Shown: positions 47,844 to 61,048 of the stretch, piece by piece | Layout: each line of letters starts with the position of its first letter | Numbering within the stretch: position 1 is the stretch's first letter | Assembly (NCBI RefSeq): GCF_000143415.4 | Contig: NW_003314421.1 | Span: 182,264-246,263, forward strand | DNA from: Selaginella moellendorffii | Taxonomy: Eukaryota > Plantae > Lycopodiophyta | Length of the DNA: 64,000 nt | Direction of reading: 5' to 3' | Translations under genes and position numbers: made by a program | Notes under the pieces: model-generated | Told to the model about the DNA's origin: nothing | Databases searched by the model: none | What the model saw: only the letters and a program-made list of their open reading frames with translations

Positions 47844-50800
47844 CAAATGTAAGTCTTTAACCCAGGACGGTGGAGGAAAGTCCACCTTGATCTTCTTCAC
47901 ATCATCAAAGCGGTGAGTGAGGCAAAGAAGGGGCAGCTCTGGCCTAGGCACTGTCTCAAACCTGGAGACTTTGTGGCCTGCAACGGGACGTGGAGCTAGG
48001 CAAGGAATGAGTTAGCTTGGGGGCCTGCACATGGGTGTTTACGGGCACCTACACCAACTTGGGAGGATGGCAATGTGGAGGTGTGGTTTGTTGTGTCTCC
48101 CAAACAGAATGTCGAGTGTCCTTTTTGGGTTACGAGAGGTGACATGCTGCTGCCAGCAGGAGACGAACAGGCCATGCCGATGGTGACGGACGACGAAGTC
48201 AAGGGCAGGATTTGAGTGGTAAGATAGGCTCTGAGGCAGGTGGTGGTAGTTCAATCGATGGCCACACTAGAGGGGGATGGCATTCTCAGATGGTGGCAAC
48301 AACAACTCATTGAGGATTTGGATTGGGACCCAGCAGCATGGAAACGAGGAGTGAAGAGCTTCTTCTCATTTGAAGTCAAGGAAGCACGGGATGGTCTCTT
48401 GACCAGCAGGGAGGAGGCCCGAGGGGAGATCCCCAAGCTCTGGAAGAAATGGATGGAGCAAGGAGTCGAAGCAAATCAGGTGGTGGACAACACGCTAGCA
48501 TTCTAGAAACTACCAGTACAGGAGAAAGTCAAGGCCACCTCTTGGTTGGTGGCAAATAACGGGCTGCTAATAGGACAGCAGTTCCAGGAGGAAGCATGCT
48601 GACGATGCAATGAGTGTGGCAAGCTAGAGACGGCGCTGTAAGCGACTAAATTTTCCATTCTACTTTAGTCACTTAACCACACCTCCGACCACTTGGAGGA
48701 GTCTCACTCACAACCTCCATAAGTCCTATTCCGGAGTTGGGGACTTGTTGGCCCCAAGAATGGCATCCGTGCCACTCAACTGTTGCACTTGGTCCAAGTG
48801 CTCCACATGTCTGGTCCCATGACCGACACCCAAAGGTATCACTGACAATTCGGCCCATTACGTTAAGGCCATGCCCATTCACCTTTGCTGCACTAGTGGT
48901 CCAATACCACTTGCATCATAATCCCGTCTCTCCAAGACTGGGCCATCCGTCTACGAGTGGTCTTCCCAGATCCACTCCTTAGCATCCTTAGGATGCCCAC
49001 AAACATGCGGAATAGCCTTCCCCAATATCCCTTTGTCAGTTCCTACCAAGTCCCTTTTCTGTCCATGGCCATGTTTGCCAACACTGCCACTAGATCAAGG
49101 CCCGGAGGCCCAGCCACTAAGTCCCATTGTCCTCTGAGATTTCCTCACCATGTGACCATATCCTTAGTCACTACACTAGAGGACAGCTCCTCCTCCTTTC
49201 CCCAGTTTGGGACTTTGGGACAACATTTCGGAACACCGTGGCCCTACACGAGCCCCGTGAGTACTCTCCCCACCTTCCGCCTTTAGGTGCTCTAGCCATG
49301 GGCTTAGAGCGAGGTTCTGTTGAGCCACGCCAGGTATCCAAGTAGGTAGTGCCACCCACACTTGGACTGGGAGCATCGGCCAGTCGATCTCCCGGGGGAA
49401 CTAGAGCCGGCTCTTGAACACTTCACCAAGCTACCCCGCTTGTCTGTCCATATTCACTCTAGTCTTGGACTTCCCAGTGGTCAGATCATCACCCAACACT
49501 GGGTCTGGCCTTCCTGGGCCAAACTGGCCTTTCCTAGCCAAACTGGCTCCACTGGAGTCCTCCCCCTACTATAATTTTGGAGCTCACCAAACCCCCCAGG
49601 GTCTGGGAGACGAACGCTTTGGGCTTTCACTCTCTCAGACTCGAACTCGGACTCGGACTCGGACTCGGGCTCGGGCTCAGTCTCGGCCTTAGCCTCGGTC
49701 TCGGTCTCGGTCCCGATCTCGGTCTCGGTCTCGGTCCTGGTCTTGGTCCTAGTCTCAGTCTCAGTCTCAGTCCCGGTCTTGGTCTCAACCTCGGACTCCA
49801 TCTCGGGTCCTTCTCGGACTCCATCTCGAATTCCATCTCGGGTCCATCTCGGACTCCATCTCGGACTCCGTCTTGGTCCATCTCGGACTCCATCTTGGAC
49901 TCCATCTCGGGCTCCATCTTGGGTCCATCTCGGACTCCATCTCGAACTTCATCTCGGGTCCATCTCGGACTCCATCTCGGACTCCATCTCAGACTCCACC
50001 TCAGGTCCATCTCGGACTCCATCTTGGACTCCACCTCGGGTCCATCTCAGACTCCATCTCGGACTCCACTTTGGGTCCATCTCAGACTCCACCTCGGGTC
50101 CATCTCGGACTCCATCTTGGACTCCACTTCGGGTCCATCTCGGACTCCATCTTGGAGTCCATCTCGGGTCCTTCTCGGACTCCATCTCGGGTCCTTAGTG
50201 GGTCCATCTCGGACTCCACTTCGGACTCCAACTCGGGTCCATCTCAGACACTTCCACGTGTCATATGTTGGTTCTTTTGGGTCCCTTTTTTGGAGCCTCG
50301 CTTATTGCTCGCTTCGTGCTTGTTCCTCGAGCACTTTGTTGGGAGTTCCACTCCCACTCTCAACTTTTCAAGTCGGAGCTTTTGGTCCAAACGTGTTACA
50401 CTCGTTTGGCTTTCACTTCGGCCACTACCACGTGGCACCCTTCTGGCTCCACTTTGGGGCCTAGGGATTTTGTGTCTCACAGGCGCGACATGTACTTTGG
50501 AGATGTGATGTGGCGAGAAAGGTATGGCGACAGATCTTCAAGGCGATGCAGGAACTAGGAGACATTCCAGAGTTCAAGGCTCAGAGCGGGGATATCCTCC
50601 ACTGGTTTGAGGGAGCTAGAGGTCCAGCCATTGGTCCAGCTTGGAGGCGTATTCGCTGTTATAGACGTCATGGATGGAACATGCGAGTTCAATGGGATGC
50701 ATTAGGGGCTGAAGTCGGGATGTCAGTCTGGGAGGCGATGGGCCACGAGCGATGGTCCATCTAGAGGGCGACTGGAGTGCAGGCACTTATGGAGGCATGG

Positions 50801-51204
50801 AACCATTGCCGCTTTGATGGGCAACAAGCGAGGATATTAGCAATGGTGGCATCGTGGTGGAGACTCACTCTTGCAGCGGTGCGGCTTCATTACACCATCC
50901 TGAAGGAGCGGGCAAAACCGAGGCAGCTAGAGGAGTGGTAGTCTAGATGGCTCCCATGCTTCGGCAGAATGGTAGGTGGTGAGATTCACTAGCAGTGGCA
51001 CCCCCCAGACTCTGTTCTACATTCAGCACGTGGGGGAGACTTGGACATCAACATGATTTGATCGAGACGACCATGTCCACTTCTACTCCAGGACTAGGTC
51101 CCGCTGTGACACAAGAGGATCACGTAGAGCAGCTCATTGAGAGGGTGACACACCCAATTTTTGTATTAGTCCCATTGGGACATGGGGAATGTACATACAT
51201 GTTT
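47841..51204 (+). mobile_element. LINE 3' fragment including the 3' end, interrupted by a solo LTR
   Basis: C-terminal ORF2 peptides (CNECGKLETA|RHVLWRC); 3' end matches 11464-11515. Confidence 0.85.
48637..50481 (-). mobile_element. Solo LTR (~1.85 kb) with GGCGC TSD
   Basis: TGTAAG...CTCACA; GGCGC at 48632-48636 and 50482-50486; internal minisatellite. Confidence 0.95.
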
Positions 51205-51243
51205 AGCGATCTCGCCCGATTGCAACACCGTAGACTGTCTTTG

Positions 51244-51284
51244 ACCCTAAACGCCTAAACACCCCTAAACCCTAAACCTAAACC
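51244..51284 (-). repeat. Degenerate interstitial telomeric repeat
   Basis: accctaaacgcctaaacacccctaaaccctaaacctaaacc; inverted copy at 59896-59936. Confidence 0.9.
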
Positions 51285-53152
51285 ATTGTGTGACACTTTT
51301 TTTTCTTGTTTTGTATGGAGGTTTTTGTCCCTGGCTCTTCCATGCATTATTCCTTGCAACCTTGCTTCAAAGTTCACATCTAACCCTCTTCTGTGGTGGT
51401 TCATCATCATCTTCTTCTTCTTCTCATGATGAGGAAGGACTCTTGTCTTGAATTTCATCACTTGTCACTTTTTGTCTCACTATTATCCTCTTCATTATCA
51501 TTGTGTTGTACCTTGTCGTCATCGTCCTCACTCTCCTAATCATTGGACATTGATGTTAATGAGGATGTATCGCTTAATGTATGTTTATCATCAACAACCT
51601 AATCGACCTTATGTCCATCATTTGGATTGTAGTTAGAGAGGTCATGGAATGGATGCTCCAATTCTTCTATTTCCCTCTGATCAAAAAGTCTCTCAGTTAG
51701 AATCCTATTGTTGACTGTCCACAACAACAATGCCCTTGACAAGGTTAGTCTGTCCTTGAGAATTCCATAAGCAGTGAAGGTTGTATCAATTCCTTCTCTG
51801 CAGACTGTATTGTAGTTGACGGAATAAACTCTGAGTCTTGAACAATATTCCTGATGAATGTCTTTTGAAGCTCTGTATAAATGGCCCTCCTTCCCTATTC
51901 ATGTCTTTGTTAGGAATCTCCTCTTCTTTGATGACAATCCCATAGACTATTGAACTGTTTGGGTTGGTAAGATCCACCAACACTAGATCATCATCTTGTA
52001 TCTCTAATGTCCACTTTTGTGGTTGTGTGGAGTTGCAGCCTCTTTTCACTCTAATGGACTCATGTAGAAGTGTTTTAGATTGCTGGGCCTAGAAACATGA
52101 AAGAACTTATTAGAATTACTTAAAATATTTTTGAAATGGGAGAGAATGGATCCTAGTGTGAGGCCTCATGCTAAGTGAAAGGGGTAATGGAAGTAATTCT
52201 ATAGGAGGTTAGTAGTATGAGGACTCAAGAATGGATGGGGTGTATGAAAGGCGTAGTGGAGGTAATTCTATAGGAGGTTATTAGCATAAGGCCTCACACT
52301 TAGGAATGGATGGGGTGTGTTTGCCAATTCCTTGATAATAATATTACTTGTCCCATGGACAGACGTTCAAGCAAGATTACCATCAAGAAACTAGACAAAC
52401 CAAAATCTTTTCAGCACTTTAGCATAAGGCCTCATGCTAATCCTTAAGCATGAGTCTAGTCACAATGTGTTGATGGAGATTATTAGCATGAAGCCTCACA
52501 CTTAGATTGCTTGTGATATTTTTCCCAGTTTCTTGATGACAATCTTATTCACTTATGCAATAAACATGCATGCAAAGGAGATTGGTGTCGAGAAACTAGG
52601 CTAGAGGAGGTGGGTGGGCTTTTTTTCTTGGTGTGAGGCCTCACACTAATGTTTTTGTGTGAGGTTGGACACCATCCATTTGTAGATTGGATTAAATTAT
52701 TATGGAGGGATGAAGTCATTTTCTTGGCATGAGGCCTCATGCTATTCATTTATATGCATTTGTTTCTTACTACTTTAGGTGTCTAGGTGAGTAATCTTAC
52801 TCGCCAATTCATCTTTGGGGTAAATGTTCAAACAAGATTGCTCCTCAAACACTTGCAAGACTGGGGAAACAGTGGAAGGTTGTATGTTTAGATGTTTGCT
52901 TAGCCATTGCCATATTTGTAGTGTCATTTTTATTTCACTTTAAGGTTCACAAGTTACACACTTTATTTCTATTCCTATCTATAGTGCCTCAGCTAGGAAA
53001 AGCTCTTTGCAATGCGTTGGCTCACTAGAATGAACAAACCAAGCTAGGGGATCCGGGAAGCGCTACTTTGGAAGGATGCCATTGAGAATTTCCCTAATCT
53101 CTCCCTTCTCTCTAATCTCGTGAGAGGCTAGCTTCGGTGTCGAGAGAAACTG

Positions 53153-53890
53153 ATGCTGTCCAAGTCCGAGTGTGTGGATCTCATCACTTCCGCGACCAAT
53201 TCCTCACAGGCGATCGATGCCCATTCCTGGATCGAGATCACCCAGAAGCAAATGCTGCCTGGTGATTGCTGCTACCTCTCCAATCTTGTCATCCTTCGGT
53301 ATGGCAAGCTGGGCAAGATCCAGCGCACACGAGCAGTGTTTGACTCCATGGAGCAATGCAATTGCCACTTGTGGGTCATTATGTTCTTGGCACATGCCCA
53401 AGAAGAGGCAGTTCCCGCCCAGAACGGGCGAGCCGGGCATTAGCCTGGCGAGCGCATTCTGGAGGGAACGAGTGAGCCCGTGCTCGGGAATGGCTTTAAC
53501 AGGCTGCGGCGAGACCGTTAACAGACATGTGGATGAATGTTATTCGAGGATGAGAGGGTTCTCCAGAATTGGCAGCTGGTAGCCTGGTTCTCCAGAACCT
53601 GGCAGCTGGCAGCTGGGTTCTGGAGAACCTGGCAGTTGTCAGCCACGTTCTCGCAGAGAACCTGACTCGATCCGACGGCTGCCAACGGTTGGATCAAGTT
53701 AACGGGTGAGCCACAGCCTGTTAAGGGCATCTTGCCACTACCAAGGATCGAGGCAAGGTTACTGCTGCATGGTGGATTGCTTGGGGCGAGCTGGGTGTGT
53801 GGAAGAGGCTGAGGAACTTGTGAGGAGCATGCCTTACAAGCCAGTTTCAGTGGATTAGATGTGCTTGCTGGGAGCAAAGTCTAGAAATTG
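53153..53890 (+). pseudogene. PPR fragment, copy 3, with a ~320-bp insertion
   Basis: Matches copies 1 and 2; insertion ~53406-53724 splits gcccaagaa|gggcatc. Confidence 0.8.
53500..53720. mobile_element. MITE with ~23-bp imperfect TIRs flanked by TTAA
   Basis: TTAA-CAGGCTGcGGCgagaCCGTTAAC ... GTTAACGGgtgaGCCaCAGCCTG-TTAA; internal ccagaacctggcagctgg repeats. Confidence 0.7.
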
Positions 53891-54144
53891 AGGACAAAGA
53901 TCTCATGGTGTTGTTGCTAGAACAAGCTTTAAGTGTAGATTCTAGGAATTCTACTAGCAAATAGTAGCAATTTTGTTTGAAACTAGTGTGAGTGTAGATT
54001 CTGTGTCCTCGTGATTAAAGAGGGTATTCTTTGACAGATCATCATGTATGATTAAAGAGAAAATTCTTTGCTCATTTCCAATGGTCGCTTGGTAAAGTAC
54101 AAAAGCCAGCTTTTGGACTATATAAATTTAGGGTTCTTGGGGGT

Positions 54145-55470
54145 CAGTGGCGCAGTGATGGCACAGGGCTGCGCGGCAATCTCCAGTGCAGGCGGCTGGC
54201 AGGAGCTCAGCGGCTCGCTGGGCGACCTGGGCACATTCATCCCGATCGTCATGGCTGTAGCTCTCGTCAATGGCATGGATCTTGGTCTCTCATCGCCACG
54301 GGCATCTACAACGTTCTCACCAGCGTGCTCTTTGGCGTGCCAATGCCTGTCCAGCCCATGAAATCCATCGCGGCGGTGGCCTTCACCGAATCCAAGCATC
54401 CCGGTGTGGATGAGATCATGGCCGCGGGGATCACTGTGTCTGCGATCGTGTTTGTGCTTGGAACCACGGGCTTGATCACGGGTCGTGGCTTGGATCGTGC
54501 CATTGCCGGTGGTTCGTGGCATCCAGCTTGCGCATGGGCTCTTTCGCAGTCACGGCTGTCAAGTACGTGATGAAGGATCAAAATCTCTCTAGGGACAAGG
54601 CAATGGGTGATCTACCATGCCTGGGCTTGGATGGAATTCTCCTCGCAGTGATTTGCTTCGCATTCATCGTGCTGGTGAATAGATCTGGCGAGGGCTACGA
54701 GTACTTCGTGACGAACAGTGAAGGTGATCGTCATCACGATGATCATGAAGAGCACCGTGAAGAACATCAAGCGAGATCGTCAAAGCTCGTGAAGTTTTTC
54801 CAGAGGATCCCGACTGCCTTGGCAGTGTTCGTGCTCGGGATCATCCTGGCGTTCGTGAGGAGGCCACACATTCTCAAGGAGCTCCAGTTTGGCCCGGCCA
54901 CGCCACGGATCACTCGAATCTCTTCCCACGACTGGAAGACGGTTTGTGAGAGCCGCCATCCCGCAGTTCCCTCTCACTATCTTCAACTCGGTGGTGGCGG
55001 TTTGCAAGCTCTCGAGCGATCTCTTCCCGGCCAAGAAGGACTCCGTGACTCCGACCAAAGTCTCGGTGAGCGTGGGGCTCATGAACTTGGTGGGCTGCTG
55101 GTTTGGAGCTCTCCCGGTTTGCCATGGCGCTGGAGAACTGGCCGGGCAGTATCGTTTCGGAGCCACGAGTGGGGTAGCGGTGGCAAGCTTGTGTTGGGGC
55201 TTCTCTTGGGAGGCTCACTGGTGAGAATTCTGCCAGCTTTTCCAGTGGGACTGCTGGGGATCTTGCTGCTCTTCTCCGGGGTGGAGCTGGCGATGGCGTG
55301 CCCGGATCAAACTAGTAGGAGGGACTTGTTTGTGATGCTCTGCTGCATTGCCATCTCGCAGGGATCCAATCTCGCGGTGGGATGTGTTTGTGCCATACTC
55401 TTGTATGTGCTGCTCCAGGCGAGAGAGATGGATTGTTGGGCGATTGCAAGCTCTTGGTTGCGAGGTTCCT
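54145..55470 (+). pseudogene. MOT1: Molybdate transporter (MOT1 family) pseudogene, copy 3
   Basis: Near-identical inverted copy of 26420-27745 with the same frameshifts; 3' end fused to the acidic gene fragment. Confidence 0.92.
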
Positions 55471-55697
55471 ACGAAGAAGTTGTTTTTAAGAAAGCCGAAC
55501 TCGAACCAAGTGCAAAGGATCCTGGCGCTGGCACAAGCAAAAGGAAACCTGAGTGCAGAAAAAGGAAAAAGAGTCCCGCTTCAAATGAGAAAGCTAAAGA
55601 TGACCAGGAGACGGAATGATGGCAGACTTCTTCTCGAGTGGAGGAAAGGTAAAGCTCTAGTGAACTCGGCCAAGGATGACGGGGAAGATGAAGAAGT

Positions 55698-58553
55698 GGA
55701 AGACGAAGAAGATGATGATGAAGAGGAGAAGGATGAAGTGGAGGAGGACGAGGACGAGGAGGAGGAGGAGGCTGAGGAGGACGAAAAAGATCCCCCTGCA
55801 AAAGTAGATAAAAAAGGAAAGAAAATTGCCTCTTTGAGGATGCTGCCGAGGAAGAAGATGCGGAAGAGGAAGAGGATGATGACCAACCGGCAAGAAAAGC
55901 ACAAAAGGGTGAAATCCGTTCCAAAAAAAAGAACGACAGGCCTAGAAGAAGAGATAAAGAAGGTAAGAAAAACTAATAATGTTGTATGAACTTAATTTCC
56001 TCAACAGAAAACAAGCCAAATAACAAAATTCATCCTTCCGTGAAACAGATTCACTGTGACGTTCCGGCGGCCAAAAGGACAGTTGTGAAAGTTCTTTTTA
56101 AGAAAGCTGATGCATCACTATCAGACGGGAATAGAGACACTGCGAGTGGCGTGCGCAGTAAGAAGGTTGGAAAGGAACTTCTTGTTGGTTCAAACGATCA
56201 TGCGGGGAGCGCGCACAGTGAGAAGGTCATGAAGGAAGTTGTTGTTGGTTCAAACAATCAGGAGGGTATGGGCGCCTATACTGCAAGCGGCGCTCACACT
56301 GCGACGGCCAACCGGTGTTGCAGAGGGGTTGGAAATTCCTGAAGTTGTTGTGATTGAAATAGAGGCTAAATAATCCTGCAAAATATGCGAAGAAGAAGGT
56401 TGGCGACCGACGCTGACAGAGGAAAAAGAAAAAGAGAAGAGAACTCAGGAAAGCAGCCACAAAGGAGAAAGGTCAAAGAGGGGAAGCCTAGGCAAGGAAA
56501 ACCAAAACAAGGGAAACAAGATCTCATAGACAACACACCCTTGACCGTTCCTCTGAATTTTAAACACAAGGCCATTGGATCGTACTTCAAGGCTGGAGGA
56601 TCATTCAGAGAGAATAAGGGGCATGCAAATGCAAAGGAGAGTGGTTTCACTGAGGATGATGAGTTTCGGGAAGGAAAGAAGGATGAGTCTCGAGAAGGAA
56701 ACAAAGATGACGGAAAAGTACAGACATTTGTCAGGTCGAAGTCACACAGCTGAGTACGCCAGTTGAGAACCTTACAAACGAATCTTTCCAGGTAGCAGAC
56801 TGCACGTCAGTCACAGGCGCTGAGGAGCATGAGTGGCATTTGACTTCGGTGTTAGAGAAGCTTGAGAGCACAAGCTTTATTCCAAGGCATCTAAGTGTGA
56901 GTTCTTCCTTGAGGGGATTGCTTACCTGGGGAATTTGATCTCAGCTAATGGTGTTAGGATTGATCCGAAGAAGGTTGAGGTGGTAGTGAATTGGCCTGTT
57001 CCCACTATGGTGCATGACCTTAGGAGTTTCCTTGGAATGGCTGGTGTGTTCAGAAAGTTTATAGATCACTATGCAGAGGTGGCTGCTCCTCTAACAGATC
57101 TACTTCAAAATACTACTAAGCATGCAACAATCAAGTGGAGCGATCGTTGTGAACATGCTTTCGAACAGCTCAAGCATCGGTGTGCTACAACTCCAGTGCT
57201 TCAGATAGTGGATCCAATGAAGCCGTTTGTAGTGGAGTGTGATGCTAGTGATGTGGCGCTGGGAGCTGTTCTGCTGCTGCAAGAAGGCCGTCCCGTTGCT
57301 TTCTTGAGTCGCAAGTTTGATAGTACTCAGCTAGATTGGCCGGCTAGAGATCGAGAGTTATATGCGGTCGTTTGTGCCACCAAGGAGTGGAGGCATTATT
57401 TGTATGGTGCTGACTTCAGTGTAGCATACTCGGATCATCAGACGTTGCAACATTTTCTGAAGCAGACCGATCTCTGAGGCAGGTTGGCTCGTTGGCAAGA
57501 GTTTTTGCAAGAGTTCAACATGGAGATCCGATATAAGAGAGGTAGAGATAATCAGGTGGCTGATGCTCTATCGAGGCTTGTGAATTCAGTAACGATCACA
57601 AGACTCTCAAGTAAACTTCTGGAAGAGATCAAGGAGGCTTATGATTTCGACTCCTTTGTAAAAGAGGTGCTAGCACATGTATTGAAGAGGGACGCTTCTT
57701 CTAAGAAATCTGATGGTGTCTTCCAGCGAGAAAAGTTTGCTTCGTATAGGATGGAGGATGGGGTGTTGTGGAAGAAGAACCGGGTTGTGGTTCCTCGAGT
57801 GAGCTCTCTTCTCTTCCCGATTTTGTCAGAGTGTCACTCTACACCTTCCTCAGGACATCCAGGAATTCAGAGGACGTTTGAGTTGGTTAAGAGACATTTC
57901 TTTTGGCCTGGTATGAAATCAGATGTGGAAAAGTACATACGAGAATGTTTGACTTGTCAAGCAGTCAAGGCTGATCGTCAGAAGCCCGCTGGTTTTACAA
58001 CCTCTGAATGTACCCAGTGGAAAATGGGAGAGAATTTCCATGGATTTTGTGGTGGGGCTACCCAAGAGTCAAAGGAAGAATGATTCAGCGTGGGTGGTGG
58101 TGGACAGATTGACGAAGATGACCCACTTCATTGCTACTAAGCAAACTGTAAAGACTTCTGACTTGGCTCAACTCTTTATCCAAGAGTTGTATAGGCCGTT
58201 TGGTTTGCCAGAGGATATAGTAAGCAATCGCGATCCAAAGTTTACGAGCAGGTTCTGGCAAGATGTGTTTAAGCAACTCAATACCACGTTGAGTATGTGC
58301 AGCAGTGATCATCCTCAATCTGATGGCCAAACAATCTCAGTTCAAGTCAACTTTTCCGGAGTTTGATTATGATCTGGACGATATTCCTGATGATGACGAA
58401 TACTCTTCTTGAGGAAGGGGAGAGAGTAGATTCGTTGGCAATGAAGTCTTTTGAGTTTTTGTACTTCGAGAAAAGCTTCATGTGCATTAGACCTTCCTTG
58501 AATGAAGTTAGCTCCGTATTGAGCTATGTACTCCGAACTTGAGTCTTCATTCT
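55698..58553 (+). repeat. Inverted segmental duplicate of 43176-46031 (acidic fragment + gypsy pol)
   Basis: ORF translations essentially identical (56935-57477 = 44252-44794); a few SNPs. Confidence 0.95.
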
Positions 58554-60809
58554 CACACCAAGAAAAAAAGCCCACCCACCTCCTCTAGCCTAGTTTCTTG
58601 ACACCAATCTCCTTTGCATGCATGTTTATTGCATAAGTGAATAAGATTGTCATCAAGAAACTGGGAAAAATATCACAAGCAATCTAAGTGTGAGGCTTCA
58701 TGCTAGTAATCTCCATCAACACATTGTGACTGGACTCATGCTTAAGGATTAGCATGAGGCCTTATGCTAAAGTGCTGAAAAGATTTTGGTTTGTCTAGTT
58801 TCTTGATGGTAATCTTGCTTGAACGTCTGTCCATGGGACAAGTAATATTATTATCAAGGAATTGGCAAACACACCCCATCCATTCCTAAGTGTGAGGCCT
58901 TATGCTAATAACCTCCTATAGAATTACCTCCACTACGCCTTTCATACACCCCATCCATTCTTGAGTCCTCATACTATTAAGAATTACTTCCATTACCCCT
59001 TTCACTTAGCATGAGGCCTGACACTAGGATCCATTCTCTCCCATTTCAAAAATATTTTAAGTAATTCTAATAAGTTCTTTCATGTTTCTAGGCCCAGCAA
59101 TCTAAAACACTTCTACATGAGTCCATTAGAGTGAAAAGAGGCTGCAACTCCACACAACCACAAAAGTGGACATTAGAGATACAAGATGATGATCTAGTGT
59201 TGGTGGATCTTACCAACCCAAACAGTCCAATAGTCTATGGGATTGTCATCAAAGAAGAGGAGATTCCTAACAAAGACATGAATAGGGAAGGAGGGCCATT
59301 TATACAGAGCTTCAAAAGACATTCATCAGGAATATTGTTCAAGACTCAGAGTTTATTCCGTCAACTACAATACAGTCTGCAGAGAAGGAATTGATACAAC
59401 CTTCACTGCTTATGGAATCCTCAAGGACAGACTAACCTTGTCAAGGGCATTGTTGTTGTGGACAGTCAACAATAGGATTCTAACTGAGAGACTTTTTGAT
59501 CAGAGGGAAATAGAAGAATTGGAGCATCCATTCCATGACCTCTCCAACTACAATCCAAATGATGGACATAAGGTCGATTAGGTTGTTGATGATAAACATA
59601 CATTAAGCGATACATCCTCATTAACATCAATGTCCAATGATTAGGAGAGTGAGGACGATGACGACAAGGTACAACACAATGATAATGAAGAGGATAATAG
59701 TGAGACAAAAAGTGACAAGTGATGAAATTCAAGACAAGAGTCCTTCCTCATCATGAAAAGAAGAAAAAGATGATGATGAACCACCACAGAAGAGGGTTAG
59801 ATGTGAACTTTGAAGCAAGGTTGCAAGGAATAATGCATGGAAGAGCCAGGGACAAAAACCTCCATACAAAACAAGAAAAAAAAGTGTCACACAATGGTTT
59901 AGGTTTAGGGTTTAGGGGTGTTTAGGCGTTTAGGGTCAAAGACAGTCTACGGTGTTGCAATCGGGCGAGATCGCTAAACATGTATGTACATTCCCCATGT
60001 CCCAATGGGACTAATACAAAAATTGGGTGTGTCACCCTCTCAATGAGCTGCTCTACGTGATCCTCTTGTGTCACAGCGGGACCTAGTCCTGGAGTAGAAG
60101 TGGACATGGTCGTCTCAATCAAATCATGTTGATGTCCAAGTCTCCCCCACGTGCTGAATGTAGAACAGAGTCTGGGGGGTGCCACTGCTAGTGAATCTCA
60201 CCACCTACCATTCTGCCAAAGCATGGGAGCCATCTAGACTACCACTCCTCTAGCTGCCTCGGTTTTGCCCGCTCCTTTAGGATGGTGTAATGAAGCCGCA
60301 CTGCTGCAAGAGTGAGTCTCCACCACGATGCCACCATTGCTAATATCCTCGCTTGTTGCCCATCAAAGCGGCAATGGTTCCATGCCTCCATAAGTGCCTG
60401 CACTCCAGTCGCCCTCTAGATGGACCATCGCTCGTGGCCCATCGCCTCCCAGACTGACATCCCGACTTCAGCCCCTAATGCATCCCATTGAACTCGCATG
60501 TTCCATCCATGACATCTATAACAGCGAATACGCCTCCAAGCTGGACCAATGGCTGGACCTCTAGCTCCCTCAAACCAGTGGAGGATATCCCCGCTCTGAG
60601 CCTTGAACTCTGGAATGTCTCCTAGTTCCTGCATCGCCTTGAAGATCTGTCGCCATACCTTTCTCGCCACATCACATATCCAAAGTACATGTCGCGCCTG
60701 TGAGACACAAAATCCCTAGGCCCCAAAGTGGAGCCGGAAGGGTGCCACGTGGTAGTGGCCGAAGTGAAAGCCAAACGAGTGTAACACGTTTGGACCAAAA
60801 GCTCCGACT
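58552..60809 (+). repeat. Inverted segmental duplicate of 50371-52637, running into the gap
   Basis: ORF translations nearly identical (59131-59394 vs 51786-52049; 59922-60185 vs 50995-51258). Confidence 0.95.
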
Positions 60810-61048
60810 NNNNNNNNNNNNNNNNNNNNNNNNNNNNNNNNNNNNNNNNNNNNNNNNNNNNNNNNNNNNNNNNNNNNNNNNNNNNNNNNNNNNNNNNNNN
60901 NNNNNNNNNNNNNNNNNNNNNNNNNNNNNNNNNNNNNNNNNNNNNNNNNNNNNNNNNNNNNNNNNNNNNNNNNNNNNNNNNNNNNNNNNNNNNNNNNNNN
61001 NNNNNNNNNNNNNNNNNNNNNNNNNNNNNNNNNNNNNNNNNNNNNNNN
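60810..61048. other. Assembly gap
   Basis: Run of N. Confidence 1.

Noticed and set aside
49577-50508. Long ORFs (295, 211 and 151 aa), and similar ones at 20187-21909 and 31094-31757
   Set aside because: Stop-free translations of LTR minisatellites, not proteins.
54516-55619. 367-aa MOT1-acidic fusion as a functional new gene (also the 45740-46240 LINE-acidic fusion)
   Set aside because: The middle of the MOT1 part is out of frame, and the fusions coincide with rearrangement junctions.
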